DNA of 64,000 nucleotides from Lama guanicoe (lineage: Eukaryota): positions 3,259,822 to 3,323,821 of the forward strand of contig MU053472.1 in the NCBI GenBank assembly GCA_013239625.1, in the 5' to 3' direction. How positions within the stretch are numbered: position 1 is the stretch's first letter; every line of letters begins with the position of its first letter. The notes below the pieces were generated by a model that was not told the origin of the DNA, made no database searches, and saw only the letters and a list, made by a program, of their open reading frames with translations. This document shows positions 1 through 11,400 of this stretch, one piece after another. Position numbers and translations under genes: made by a program.

Positions 1-441
1 AACATAATGCCATTTGCAGCAACATGGATGTTCCTGGAGAATGTCATTCTAAGTGATGTAAGCCAGAAAGAGAAAGAAAAACACCATGTGAGATCGCTCA
101 TATGTGGAATCTAAAAAACAAAACAAAACAAACAAAAAAAACCCATAAATACAAAACAGAAACGGACTCACAGACATAGAATACAAACTTGTTGTTGCCA
201 AGGGGGTGAGGGGTGGGAAGGGACAGACTGGGATTTTAAAATGTAGAATAGATAAACAAGATTATACTGTATAGCACAGGGAAATACATACAAGATCTTG
301 TGGTAGCTCACAGTGAAAATAAAATGTGACAATGAATATATATATGTTCATGTGTAACTGAAAAATTGTGCTCTACACTGGAATTTGACACAACATTGTA
401 AAATGACTATAACTCAATAAAAAAATGTTTAAAAAAAAAAA
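1..441 (+). mobile_element. LINE-1 3' end (ORF2 C-terminus, 3' UTR, poly(A)); same subfamily as the young L1 at 60.5-64 kb
   Basis: Translates to [37 protein letters not shown], close to the end of ORF 60878-63916. G-rich 3' UTR tract at ~202-222, then AATAAA and an A-tail at ~416-441. Confidence 0.95.
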
Positions 442-460
442 GAGTACCACCCTCTGGCAA

Positions 461-528
461 GGCGGTGGGTGTAGCTCAGTGGTAGAATGTGTGCTTAGCC
501 CAGGGTCTTTCATTTAAAAAAAAAAAAA
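461..528 (+). mobile_element. Internally deleted tRNA-derived SINE (Vic-1-like)
   Basis: Head ggtgtagctcagtggtagaatgtgtgcttagc followed by an A-tail; degenerate 'taccacc' repeats flank it. Confidence 0.7.
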
Positions 529-1904
529 TACCACCACTGTGAAACTGGGCCATCTCTTTCTAACCCTTTCCTGGTGATTATTCCAGTGCCCATGCATTCT
601 AATTTCTAAAGAGTTCTACATAATCTGATGTACGTCATTTTGCAAATTATTTTTTAATGAAAAGTATCTAGGAACTAAATCATATTTTCTCTTCTCTCTT
701 CTTTGTGTATGTGTCCTGGGCTCTGGGTCATTATTACTTGAATAGCCTTCTAATTAAACACAGTAATTGACACATATAAAGAATTAAGAGAATATGTCAA
801 ATCTGTCAGAATAGGAAAATGCAGTCTGTGATAATTCCTAGGTTAACATTATATTCAACAATAATCATAGCTCTTCTAAAAATGAAAGATAACGAGTTCC
901 TACCTCAAACAGGACAGGACTCAGCAAGATAAGGCTTGTTCTATTATCATTCCTTTATTAAAAGCTTTAGATACTCTTCAGAGTTTAAATATCCAATTTA
1001 AAGGGTATAGAGCAATCTTTATCCAGGTTAAAAGAATAATGAGAAAGACAAATTCTTTTTCTAGATTAGGTGGGATTACAATCGTTAACACTAGATAGAA
1101 GCTCATTCTTTCATGATTCCTCAAAGCAGTTTTTCTTTTTTAAATTGAAAAAGACATTTCCTTCCTTTTTACTTGCCTTGAGGAAATTAGGATACTCATT
1201 GTAGAATACAATAAAGTAAAATATATATACTATTTATATACATGAATCAGAAATATTTCTCCCATTAATTACTCCTATCCTTTCTCCTTACCAGCCCTCT
1301 TCTAACTTCCTCTAACTTCAGCTACCTTCACCATCTTTCCGTGGGCTCTCCTGTTTTTCTCTTTCGATATAATCGATTTCCCCCAACTCTTTTAATTTTG
1401 AAAAATCTCAAACCTTGAGAAAATTTATAAGAATAGTATAATTAACACTCATATATCATTCATTTAGATTCACCAGTTGTTATCTGTTAGTTCTCTCTCT
1501 GTATAGGTCACAGCCAAACTTTGTTTCCTTTTGTTTGGCCTCACTTCATAGGGCATCCACGGACTTGCATTCAGTAACAATACCTTTCAAAGCTTTCCGC
1601 AATTTAGCTCTAATGGTCCTTTGCAGCCTCCTTTCTTCCAATGATTAGCAGTTTGTACTTCAGGTATGCCAAAAAACACCAAGTATTTCCTATAGCGTTA
1701 CCAGCCTTTCCCCCTGTTTGGGGTATCCTCCGCCAGGTCTACTTATATAGCCATCCAGCTTCTGGTACTTTTTCTCACGGGTATTTGTTGAGTGATCATA
1801 ATCCACTAATTAGTAAGGTAGGTGCTGGGATACAATTCGAAGCACGATCAACATAGTGTCTGTCTTTATGGAATGTATACTGACTGAAATATCTCTTTTG
1901 TGTT

Positions 1905-2078
1905 TCTATAGCACTTACTGTAACATTTATTATACTGGATTGTAATTTTTGTTTGCATGTTTGTCACCTGGCTAGATGGTGAACATTTCAAGGGTAGGAT
2001 GAATTTTATTCATCTGTTTCCCCAGGACCTAGAGTATAGCAGGCATTAAATAACGTTTCATTCAATAAATGCATGAGC
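1905..2078 (+). mobile_element. L2 3' end remnant
   Basis: ctagatggtgaacatttcaagggtagg...attcatctgtttccccaggacctag...caataaatgcatga resembles the L2 3' terminus. Confidence 0.55.
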
Positions 2079-2620
2079 GAAAGAAATCACACCTGCTAAG
2101 TGTTAGCTAGCAAGGGTTCTCTATTTTATTTAAGGAATATGCTTTAATAGAATTACATTCTGGAAAATCTCTTGGTAAGGGAGGCTTTTAGTTTTTCAAA
2201 ACATAACACAACTTCATATGGTTAAAGGATGGATCCAAAACTACTTCCAGTAGGAAGATGCAATAAATAATAGTGTAAGAACTACAGTCCTCTGCAAGAA
2301 CTGGCACTGCTGCTTCTATTAAAACTCCATCCTGTGATATGGAAAGTGATTTGGTCAGGGGGTACTCCAAAGCTGTAGCAGGAACACAGATTGAAACCAA
2401 GTCGTATGACTCATTTTAATTAAAGCTAATGCCGGCGTTTTTGTTCTTTTGTTTTTGTTTCCTTTTGGCCTACCCAATAGCTGTCTGATGACATGTTCAC
2501 CTAATCAATAATGAGTAATGAAGGTCTAGTGCTTTGAGTCACAGCTTTTCCATAAACATCACTGTTTATGTGCTGTTTTGAGTTATTCACCTTCCAGGAT
2601 AAAATGACCTTTACAGATTA

Positions 2621-2885
2621 TGTTGACAAGACCCCTGGTCACAGACCACTGGACCAAAGACAAGGAGACCTAGATAGTTAAGATGATTAACACCAGCTCC
2701 CTTTTCTTCCCCTTTTAAAACTCCAAACTCAGACACCAAGTTGGAGTGAATCTAAGACTTGTCTCACACTTCCTTGCTTGGTGCCCTGCAATAAAATTCT
2801 TACTTTGCTGCAAACTTCCGCTATCAGAGATTGGCTCACAGCACTGCCAGCACAAGAGCTTTTGGCTGGGCTTGTGAGCCAAACA
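2621..2885 (+). mobile_element. Possible ERV LTR remnant
   Basis: Starts TG and ends CA, with an internal AATAAA at ~2790 followed by U5-like sequence. No clean TSD. Confidence 0.4.
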
Positions 2886-3204
2886 ATTCCATTTCTTACA
2901 GTCTCCCACAAACAGCTTTCAGTCAATTAATCAGTTTCCATAACAAGTTCAACTAATTCCTCTTGAACATCCATAGGGCTATTTCGGGTACTTATATTTA
3001 ATTTCAATTTCATGTTGTGTAACATTGCTTTTGTAGTTCCTGTCTTGTTTCTCTAAAGAGACTGTAGCTCCCTAAAGCTTAGTCCAGCAGAGTGCTAGGC
3101 ACATAGTAACAAAGCACATTTTAAAAATTGACACCCTCAAAGAAAACCGGACAATATTAAGACTATACAAGAAACATAGTACTATTCCCAGTCAAGAAAT
3201 GTAC

Positions 3205-3364
3205 GCTCTCTAATGTGCATAAGAATCACGGTGATGGGGAGGCGATCTTGCTAAAATGCATATTCTGATTCAGTAGGTCTGGGTAGAGCCATATAATTTG
3301 CAATTTTAACCTGGGCCAAGTGAGGCAGATGTTGCTGGTCCGCAGACCACATTTTGAGTAGTAA
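3205..3364. mobile_element. MER5A-like hAT DNA transposon
   Basis: aaaatgcatattctgattcagtaggtctggg...tgctggtccgcagaccacattttgagtag matches the recalled MER5A consensus. Confidence 0.75.
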
Positions 3365-3701
3365 AAATGTACAGGGATGTGCAAAAGGAAGGCAGATTCT
3401 TTGCTCCAAAACAGATTTTGCAGAGCGTTAATTAGATATAAGTATGATTTAGGGTGGAGCCTGGCGGAGAACTCCTTGCCCAACCCTAAAGCGCCCCATC
3501 TCCCCTCTGAGTCCAGCCAAACTTTCCACCTCCATAAACCGTAAGAACACAAGCAACAAGAAGCCGAGCTACGGAAAATGACAGCCCAGGTAACAAAGGA
3601 AGATCTCGCTGCACTTACTAGTCTAAGAGCCCGGGATTCGATGGAGTCCCGGCTGTGGCTTCTCCTTCGCCATAAAGAAAAATTCAAAATTAAGACCTTA
3701 C

Positions 3702-3800
3702 GGTGGAGGAACCAATCATAGCCTTGGTTTCTCCACCATTCGCTCTCCGGGTAGCGTAGGAGCACAGCCTGGCTTGTGATTGGCTGAGATAGCACTATGC
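3702..3800 (-). other. PRR11: Putative non-coding first exon of PRR11 (5' boundary approximate); positions 1-3701 would be its intron 1
   Basis: Minus-strand donor ACC|GTAAGG at 3702/3701. PRR11 is known to lie head-to-head with SKA2. No PRR11 coding sequence is in the window, so this is a synteny-based inference. Confidence 0.5.
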
Positions 3801-4257
3801 TCCGGCCAATCAGAGCTGAGGCGCTTCTTGTATGAATAGGGGGGAAGGCGGGAGCGAAGTGGAGGGGAAGCCGAAGAGGAAAGGTGTGTCATGTCTCCTT
3901 TGCTGTTTGTGGAAGCTTTTGTGTAATTGGTTGGCTCTTCTTCCGACTGCACCAATCGCAAGCTCTTCTCTGTTGAACTCCAACTGTGAAATGGAAAGTA
4001 GAGATGAGGGTGCAGCCAATGGGGAAAAAAAAGTGTACAGCAGCCAATCCTCCTGTGGCGTTTTGTGTCCTTGCCCAACTGGAAAAGGTGTTTCATGCGG
4101 AGGGGCGTTTCCCAGACGCCAATGGGCGGGAGCCGGTGAAGCGGAGGGACCAATGAGTGCTAAACGTTGAGTGACAGCTGTCCAATAGGGACCCTCAGTG
4201 CTAGTACGGTTTGCGGCTTAAGCGCCGCCGCGGTCTGAGGAATGTCAACTATTCAAC

Positions 4258-4290
4258 ATGGAGGCGGAGGTCGATAAGCTGGAACTGATG
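4258..4290 (+). CDS. SKA2: SKA2 (spindle and kinetochore associated complex subunit 2) coding exon 1
   Basis: MEAEVDKLELM, Kozak AACATGG, donor GTGAGT at 4291. Confidence 0.97.
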
Positions 4291-7200
4291 GTGAGTGTAA
4301 AGAGAAGGAGATCTACTGGGTAGTTTATTTTTCCCCGATGGCCTCCAAGGTGGAACGCAATTTGGAGTCGCCGGAAACCCTGGGCGGTGGAGGCTGGACC
4401 AAACTCGAGCTCCCTCCTCCTGCACCAAAGGGAGTCGCCGCCGCCTGGTCTCTTTTAACCGCCGCGGGGGAAGGGGTTACATCCGGGAAACTCGTGAGGG
4501 AAATGGCGGGAGATGCTGAGGGTGCGGGGCCTTTGGAATTCCTTGCAGCTTGCCCTCACCTTCCCACCCCTCAAGGAGCTGTGGCTGGTGTAGACGGCGT
4601 TCCGTGTATTTCCATCAAAAGACGTGACTGGAATGGTCACTAAGCGCCCCAAGAAGGGGAGAGGTCGTTCACGCTCCGAGAAAGAGGGATGGAGGATAGG
4701 GTGGGGAATAAACTGAGGGGCGGAGAGAAATCCCTTTGGTGTTGAACCGCTCACAGTCTCCAGGGCTGGCTAAGAAAGTCTGAGAAAGGCTGCTAGAGTT
4801 GCGTGCACAACTTCCTAGCAGCCAAGGAAGCCCCTAGACCAGTTTCTCTTTGGCCCGAAGGTGGCAGTCCTTCGGTGGGGGAGAGGTGTGAGTCATGGGG
4901 ATCCGAACCTCGAGCTCCTTTCCTGTAGCGCGGGCTGGACTGGGACGTGGAAGGCACCCCTGCTCTGGAGTTGCCTAGTTTCATTCATTGTGAAAGTACA
5001 GGGCGGGGGCGAATAATTGGAAAGGACTCCCGCTGTTGCTTGGCCTGCTCGAGGGCGCTAAACTGGAGGGCTGTCCTCGTTTTCTGTGGATCCTTCCCTC
5101 ACTTGTCTTCTTTATTCTCTCCTTTCCATCTCTAGACTACTGGCTTGATCGCCCGCGCTTTTTTCTTTTCTTAGTTCCCTTGTCCTATCTTCAGTCCTTT
5201 ACCCTCAGTATTACCAGTGTTTGGCTTGGGCTGGCTTCCTTTGAAATGTGGAATTTGGATGATTAATTAATCATTAAGTTCCTATCCTTTTTTTGTTGTT
5301 AAATTACAAGATTAAGTATAAAAGGCAAAATCTTTTTTCTTCATCTCTCCAAGCTGAACCTTGAGTCTCTCTAATATCTGCAATATGTAGTGATTCTGGA
5401 AGAAACTGAATACCATTCTCACCCCATAAAATGTGAGACCTTGAAATATCTTATTATTTTCTTCTAATGTATTAATGCATTGTAGTGCCTCTTATATATA
5501 AAATCGACTTGAAAGCTTTCAGTTGCTTCTAACGTTTTGAATTTTAATTTTCTTTGTAGGGGGTGTGTGTGGGGATTGGGAAGGCAAGAAAAGACTGCAG
5601 AAATGGAAGAATTTTTTTGCAGCTTTCCAAAGCTGTAATAATGAACTTTTAGTTCTAAGTTTTGTTCTTATTAACTATATTTCCAAAAAAAGAAGAAAGA
5701 AAAAGAACCAACGTGTTAAGTATTGTAGTTTGATTGTATCAACTGACATAGTTAATATCTTGTCCTTCTCCCTCATTCTGAATTCCTCCTTCCAGATGGA
5801 TGGTTCTGCCTAAATGTAAGATGCTAAATGATACTAATTCTGTTTTTAATAGTTCCCCCCCACCTCCACAAGTTGACTTTTAATTTTAAGGTACCAATTA
5901 AGTAAGCCTTTTCTGGACTTGGCATTAGAGTCTCACAGGACATTTTCTAGATTGAACACATTTTACGCGGCAAACAATTACATGTACATCTTGAAAAAAG
6001 TCAGTTTGAGAAAATTATGATGTAAGCAGACTCTTAAACTTTTAAATGTTCGAATGATGGAATAGTTTTTAAAAATTCTAAGAGAGAGCGAAGAAAGTGG
6101 TCTTTGTAAATTCCCTGCAAGTAACCTAGTCATAGCTTCCCGCCCCCCACCCTTCAAATTAGTTTGTTTCTATAATCATTAGTATTTAAAAATTGTTTTT
6201 GAACTATTATTAAAAGTTTTATTATTACTGCTTTGTATTGGTTGGATGGTATAAGACAGTGCATCTTATCTTTAGATTTGCCATGTGCCTTTAGGAAAAA
6301 ATACTCTGTGAATTGGTTTGTTTTCTGAGATTCCAAAGGTAAATGACCTCCTGTGCAATCCTCTGATTTTAGGTTTTATATTACTCAAATAAAGAATTTG
6401 TTGAGGAACCCAAGTTAGATATTTAATAAGTGAAATAAAATGCATATAATTAACGTTGAAACTAAAGTATTTATCTTAATTTTGTAGACAAATAGCCCGA
6501 TCCTCTTAATTTTAAAAAAATCATTTTTTCTTGTATGTATTAACTTCCAATTCAGAAAAATTAAACGTTTGTTTTTAAATACTTGTCTTTAAAACCTGAT
6601 ACTTGGCTAGCAGAGTTGAAATACTCTAATATCTGAGTTATGTGGCCTAGGATTTGAGGTCAAGACATTCATGCTCCAGCTGTCCTGAATTTGAGTTCAT
6701 TTCTTATTAGGCTCAATCCAACCACGTAGCTGAACTGGATATTTAAGAAAGCTTGGTGAAAGAAATGGGAAGTGTTTTTGCATCAATCAACATTATTAAT
6801 GGAGGAATAAGCTCATTCATTTTGGGGTGATCTTTGTTCTCTAACTTTTTTCCCTTCATTTATTGATTGGTATTTTTTAGTGTCCTTTTGTGGTGCCGCT
6901 GGTGATTGTGCACCAAAGATACTGCAATATGATACTATAATACTGTTTACTATTTCTATTTCTGGGTTGACATTTGACTTTATAATGGTTTCTCACCAGT
7001 TAAAAGGTTATGGTGTTAATTGGATTAAATCCAAGGAAACTTGATTCTTAATCTCCTCCCATTATTATTTTCTCCTTGATTTTTCTGCATTTGAAGGAAA
7101 TGGAGATGATTTCCTCCTATATTTAAGATGTTTTAGGGGTTAACTGAAATTTTAAAATCCCCTTCCATAGTATTCAGTTAGGTAGGTCTAATGGTGTCCT

Positions 7201-7777
7201 CTTTAGGACATATTGATTCCCTGGAACTCTGTAAACTCTGCAGATAAGATGGTAAGTGCTTTTTGTAATATAGTTTAGATTCCAGAGAAATAGAATGGGT
7301 TTATAGAATTTGGGAAACTCCTTATTTTACTTTTCGTTTGTTTTCTTTGATAATCTTTCTCAAAAGGCTTGTTTTATATGGCAGCTAATCAATTGCTATG
7401 GAGGAGCTAACCAACACATCTCAGCAGAAGAGAAATATTTTCACAAGTTTGCCTTGGTAGTAATTATAACCTGTTTTGTTAATACCAGTCCCAAGGGCTT
7501 AACAATATCCGTGTTAATAATTTATAAAACTTAATGCCATTTACAAAATTCCTTTCTACATCTATACATATTTCGTTTTGGATAATAACCATTCTTTAGT
7601 CATCAAAAAACAGTATCACTTTGATCTTTAAATTCTATTCTTTTTTGTTTTAACACTGATATAGATGTTCTTAGGTTTTGGATGTCTTATGTCCAAAGTG
7701 GCAACCCTTTTTAAAATTTTTTTCTCACTGAAGCTTCAACTGATGCAAGATGCTTTTGTGTTTCTTTCCTACCTATT

Positions 7778-7863
7778 ACTGCTAACGAATGCTCTGACTT
7801 TATTGCACTACTGTACTTTACAGCTAGCAGTGCAATAGTATTGTCAAAGCATCTGAAAGCAGA
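7778..7863 (+). ncRNA. MIR301A: pre-miR-301a (5p 7791-7812; 3p CAGUGCAAUAGUAUUGUCAAAGC 7828-7850)
   Basis: Mature sequences match miR-301a, the arms are complementary, and it lies in SKA2 intron 1 as in other mammals. Confidence 0.98.
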
Positions 7864-8290
7864 ATGTACACCAGAATTTTGTTTCTTGCCTTATGTCATT
7901 CTTCAGTGCCTGTGAGTAATTGACCACAACCTTTGTTGCTGAAAACTGTATAATTTTATTACCAAAAGTGTATGTTTTAGAAAATCATAATTTGAAAAAA
8001 AGTTTTAACTAATTAAAACTTCACCGCTGTAATGCAGTGTGAAACACTAGAAAGAATACATTTTATAGCTAAAGTTGTTGTGGCTTCTCTAAAAGAGCAG
8101 TACTTTGTCATTTGCTTGTTTCTGTTATAGATTTGGATAGATTCTGGCAAATCTCAGTTTTTATTTAATTGAGTGTGAAGATGAATTAGTAAGTGATGAA
8201 AACAGTCTCTGCTGTATATTTCCTGTGATAACGTGCCTGAAATCTTAATTGGTGTCAATTTTGTGTATTGTATAGTAAAGGCTTGAATTT

Positions 8291-8330
8291 AAAACTTAAG
8301 AATGTGTTTTAAAACTTAAGAATGTGTTTT
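8291..8330. repeat. Perfect 20-bp tandem duplication (aaaacttaagaatgtgtttt)x2
   Basis: Read directly from the sequence. Confidence 0.95.
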
Positions 8331-8384
8331 AAAGTTCTTTTTGTAATTATGAGATATAATAAAGGGTTTATCCATCACTTGTTT

Positions 8385-9690
8385 TTTTTAATCATTTTGA
8401 GATATAATATACATACTGTAAAACTCAACAATTTTAATTGTAGAATTTCATGGGTTTTGACAAATGTGTACAGTCATCTAACCACCACCATAGTCATGAT
8501 ACAGAACATTTCTGTCACTTTCAAAAGGTCCCTTATGACTCTTTGCAGTCAACCTCCTTCCAAAGTCCCTGGCAACCACTGATCTCTAGTTTTATCTTTT
8601 CTAGAAGTTCATATGAATGGAATCTATACACAGAGCTTACAGTCTTTTGTGTCTGGCTTCTTGCACTTAGCATAATGCTTTTGAGATTCACCCACGTTGT
8701 TATATGTATTAGTAGTTGGACTATTTTTATTGATGAGTAGTATTCTATTGTAATGAGTATCACAAACTGTTCATCTATTCACCAGATTATGGACTTTGGG
8801 TTTTTTCCCCCAGATTTTGCCTATTATGAATAAAGTTGTTATAAACCATGTAGTACAAGTCTTTTTGTGGACATAATTCCTTCTTTTCTCTTGGGTAGCA
8901 TTATAAAAAAGTATACTTGATCTTATAAGAAGCTGCTGAAATCTTTTCCAAAGCTATGTGTTAGGGTTCCAGCTTCTGTGAATCCTCACCAACACTTAGT
9001 ATTGTTGTCAGTCTTCATTTTAGCCATTCTAGTAGGTGTTTAGTGGTATCTCATAGTTTCAATTTGCATTTCCTTAATGGCTAATGATATTGAACATCTT
9101 TGCATGTGCTCATTTGCAGTTGGTATATCTGCTTTAGTGAATATCTGTTAAAATCTTTTGCATATTTTCAAATTGAGTTCTTTTTATTATTACTTTATGA
9201 TTCCTTTAATTTTTTATGTTATTTGCCTTCTCACTTAAAAATTTTTGATTAAGTCCAATTTATACATGTTATTCCATGGTTTAAGTTTTCTGTGTTCTAT
9301 CTAAGAAATCTTTGCTTAACTCGAGGTTGCAAATGTTTTCTTTTAGAAGATTTATAGTTTTAGTTTTACATTTAGATCTCAGTCCTTTTTGAGTTAATTT
9401 TTGTTAGTAAGCCTTGAAATCATCTAGTGTAAGGCCTCATCCATTGCTCTTGTTTTCTAAAACTTTGAAACTGTTTTGCATTTCCAAATAGTTTTTTTGG
9501 TCACTTTCTTTTTTTCCTACAAAAAAGCCTGGGATTTTGGTTATGTTGAATCTGAACAATCTGGGGAGAATTGACATCTTAGCAATATTAAGTCTTCTGG
9601 TACATGAACATTATCTCTCCATTTATTAGGTCTTTAAAATTTTCAACAGTGTTTTGCAGTTTTCAGTTTATAGGTCTTATAATTTTTTAA
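8385..9690 (-). mobile_element. Old L1M fragment (3' UTR plus degraded ORF2)
   Basis: Antisense L1M motifs such as ttttgagattcacccacgttgt, tttgcatttccttaatggctaatgatattgaacatcttt, ggggagaattgacatcttagcaatatt. Confidence 0.85.
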
Positions 9691-10789
9691 TTACCTGCTT
9701 AGTGTGATTTCTTTTGGTGCTCTGTATCTTAAAAGTAGAGCAAGAACTATTACAACATGTGTTCTAAATGCATTGAATTTCAGAAAAAAGTAAGCTATTT
9801 GTTAAGCAAATATTCTTAAAAGATGGCTGGGAGAATAGGTATCAGGGAAGAAAGAAACCTGAGATGTTACGAATGGGTTCAAAGACATCATTTGTAAGGA
9901 ATGAAGAATGTGATTGCTCATCATAAAGCCACTTTATTCCAAATTTTCTATGTAAAGTCTCTAAGTTAATCTCCACCTGGTCTCAACTGTGGCTGTTTTC
10001 CTCTTTGGCTTTTAATTTCTTACTATCCGTAGTGGGCTGTTAGAGCAGTGGGTAGAATTTTGTGTTTTTTTTAACAATGTAGGACATTACATGGGGAGGG
10101 ACTAAGAGACAAAACTGCCTTATTTGAGGATCTCATTTCTTTTCTCTGAAATAATGAATTGATAACAATAAAATTTCTTTTTAGATATCATTTGATTTTC
10201 TTTCTATCCAAGTATAAAATTTGGGGGGGTAAAAGATTATGTATTAATAAAAAAGAATTTAAAAATTTATCAGTTGGTGAAGAAAGGGAATATTTCTTCT
10301 GTCTTGAACTATATTTTGGTTTGAACATATCTTCGGTTTTAAGAATAGAGTATGAAAAGTCATCCATACGAGCTCATTTAAAATCAAGTGAGAAATTTTC
10401 TTCTTTCTTGGAGCAAGGTAAAAGTTTTAAAGCAAACAAAAAATAATTTACCGTTCTTAGTCAAACATTACAGAGTTTCACTGTTAAGAATATCCCAGAT
10501 AAATAAAATTTATTCTCAATTAGATTTTAAAAGGTTATACTTCTAACTTATTTTAATATATAACATTTTAAATGTTTGAATAAGTCAGTCCTTGATTTTT
10601 TGATTCAGTGTTTTTGTTCTTTTATAAATGAAGAAATAATCTCAGTTTTTACTAAGGTTTTCGTGTAGTGATTAGTAGCTGTAAAATAAATTTAGCTTTT
10701 CAGAACAATTTTTTTGGTTAGGAAATGTGAGAGTTGTAGTAACTTTTAAAAATTCATCCTCTCCTCTCTTAATTTCCCCAATTTTATTT

Positions 10790-10980
10790 ATTTAACTTTA
10801 TTTTTTTAATTGAAATATAGTTGATTTAATATGTATATATACTTCAGATTATTTTCCATTATAGGTTATTATGAGACACTGAATATAGTTCCCTCCGCTA
10901 TACAGTAGGTCTTTGTTATCTGTTTTATATGTAGTAGTGTGTATCTGTTAATCCCAAACTCCTAATTTATCTCTCCCCCC
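10790..10980 (-). mobile_element. L1 3' end fragment
   Basis: T-tail followed by gaatatagttccctccgctatacagtaggtc...ctgttaatcccaaactcctaatttatc. Confidence 0.8.
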
Positions 10981-11019
10981 TTAATATCCCCAATTTTAGA
11001 TGACAATACTTCACTCAGT

Positions 11020-11400
11020 AAGTGTTCCTACTAGTACAGGACAAGCTGGTACTAGAGGCTAAAGATATTAAGGAACTTAAGTAGGAGACATAAATACGTT
11101 GGGACAGATGCCATGATGGGACAAGTAAATACCAGGTGTTGTGGAGGGTACATTGGAAAGAGGCACCTAACCTGTGGAAGGTTCCCTGTTAGAGGTGAGA
11201 TATAATTTGAGACTGAAGGAATGAGTAGGGATTAGCCACTGAAGGAAACAGGAAGTGTTCCAGGCAGAGGAACCAGCGTAAGTAGAAGTCCAGAAAAGAG
11301 AGGTATTGTACAAGTGAGGGGAACTGCAGATAGTTCAGTACTGTGTTGGGATGGGGAACAGGAGGGTTGGGATGAAGAACTAGTGAAATCATTTTTAGCT
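11020..11400 (-). mobile_element. L2 remnant
   Basis: gagactgaaggatgagtagggattagcc...gttccaggcagaggaaccagc motif typical of antisense L2. Confidence 0.65.

Larger units (their letters stand above)
3450..5160. promoter_or_regulatory. CpG island containing the PRR11/SKA2 bidirectional promoter
   Basis: GC- and CpG-rich against an AT-rich background. CCAAT/ATTGG at 3712, 3779, 3806, 3926, 3952, 4016, 4044, 4119, 4150, 4182; GC box gggcggg at ~4124. Confidence 0.9.

Noticed and set aside
1502..1720. Minus-strand stretch translating to EERRLQRTIRAKLRKALKGIVTECKSVDAL*
   Set aside because: An in-frame stop lies just upstream, there are no convincing splice sites, and I cannot assign it. Possibly an ancient LINE remnant; needs a Dfam or BLASTX search.
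3226..4170. ORFs of 189, 145 and 112 aa over the first CpG island as PRR11 or novel CDS
   Set aside because: They overlap the CCAAT-rich promoter and a MER5A element, show no recognisable protein similarity, and GC-rich DNA is stop-poor.
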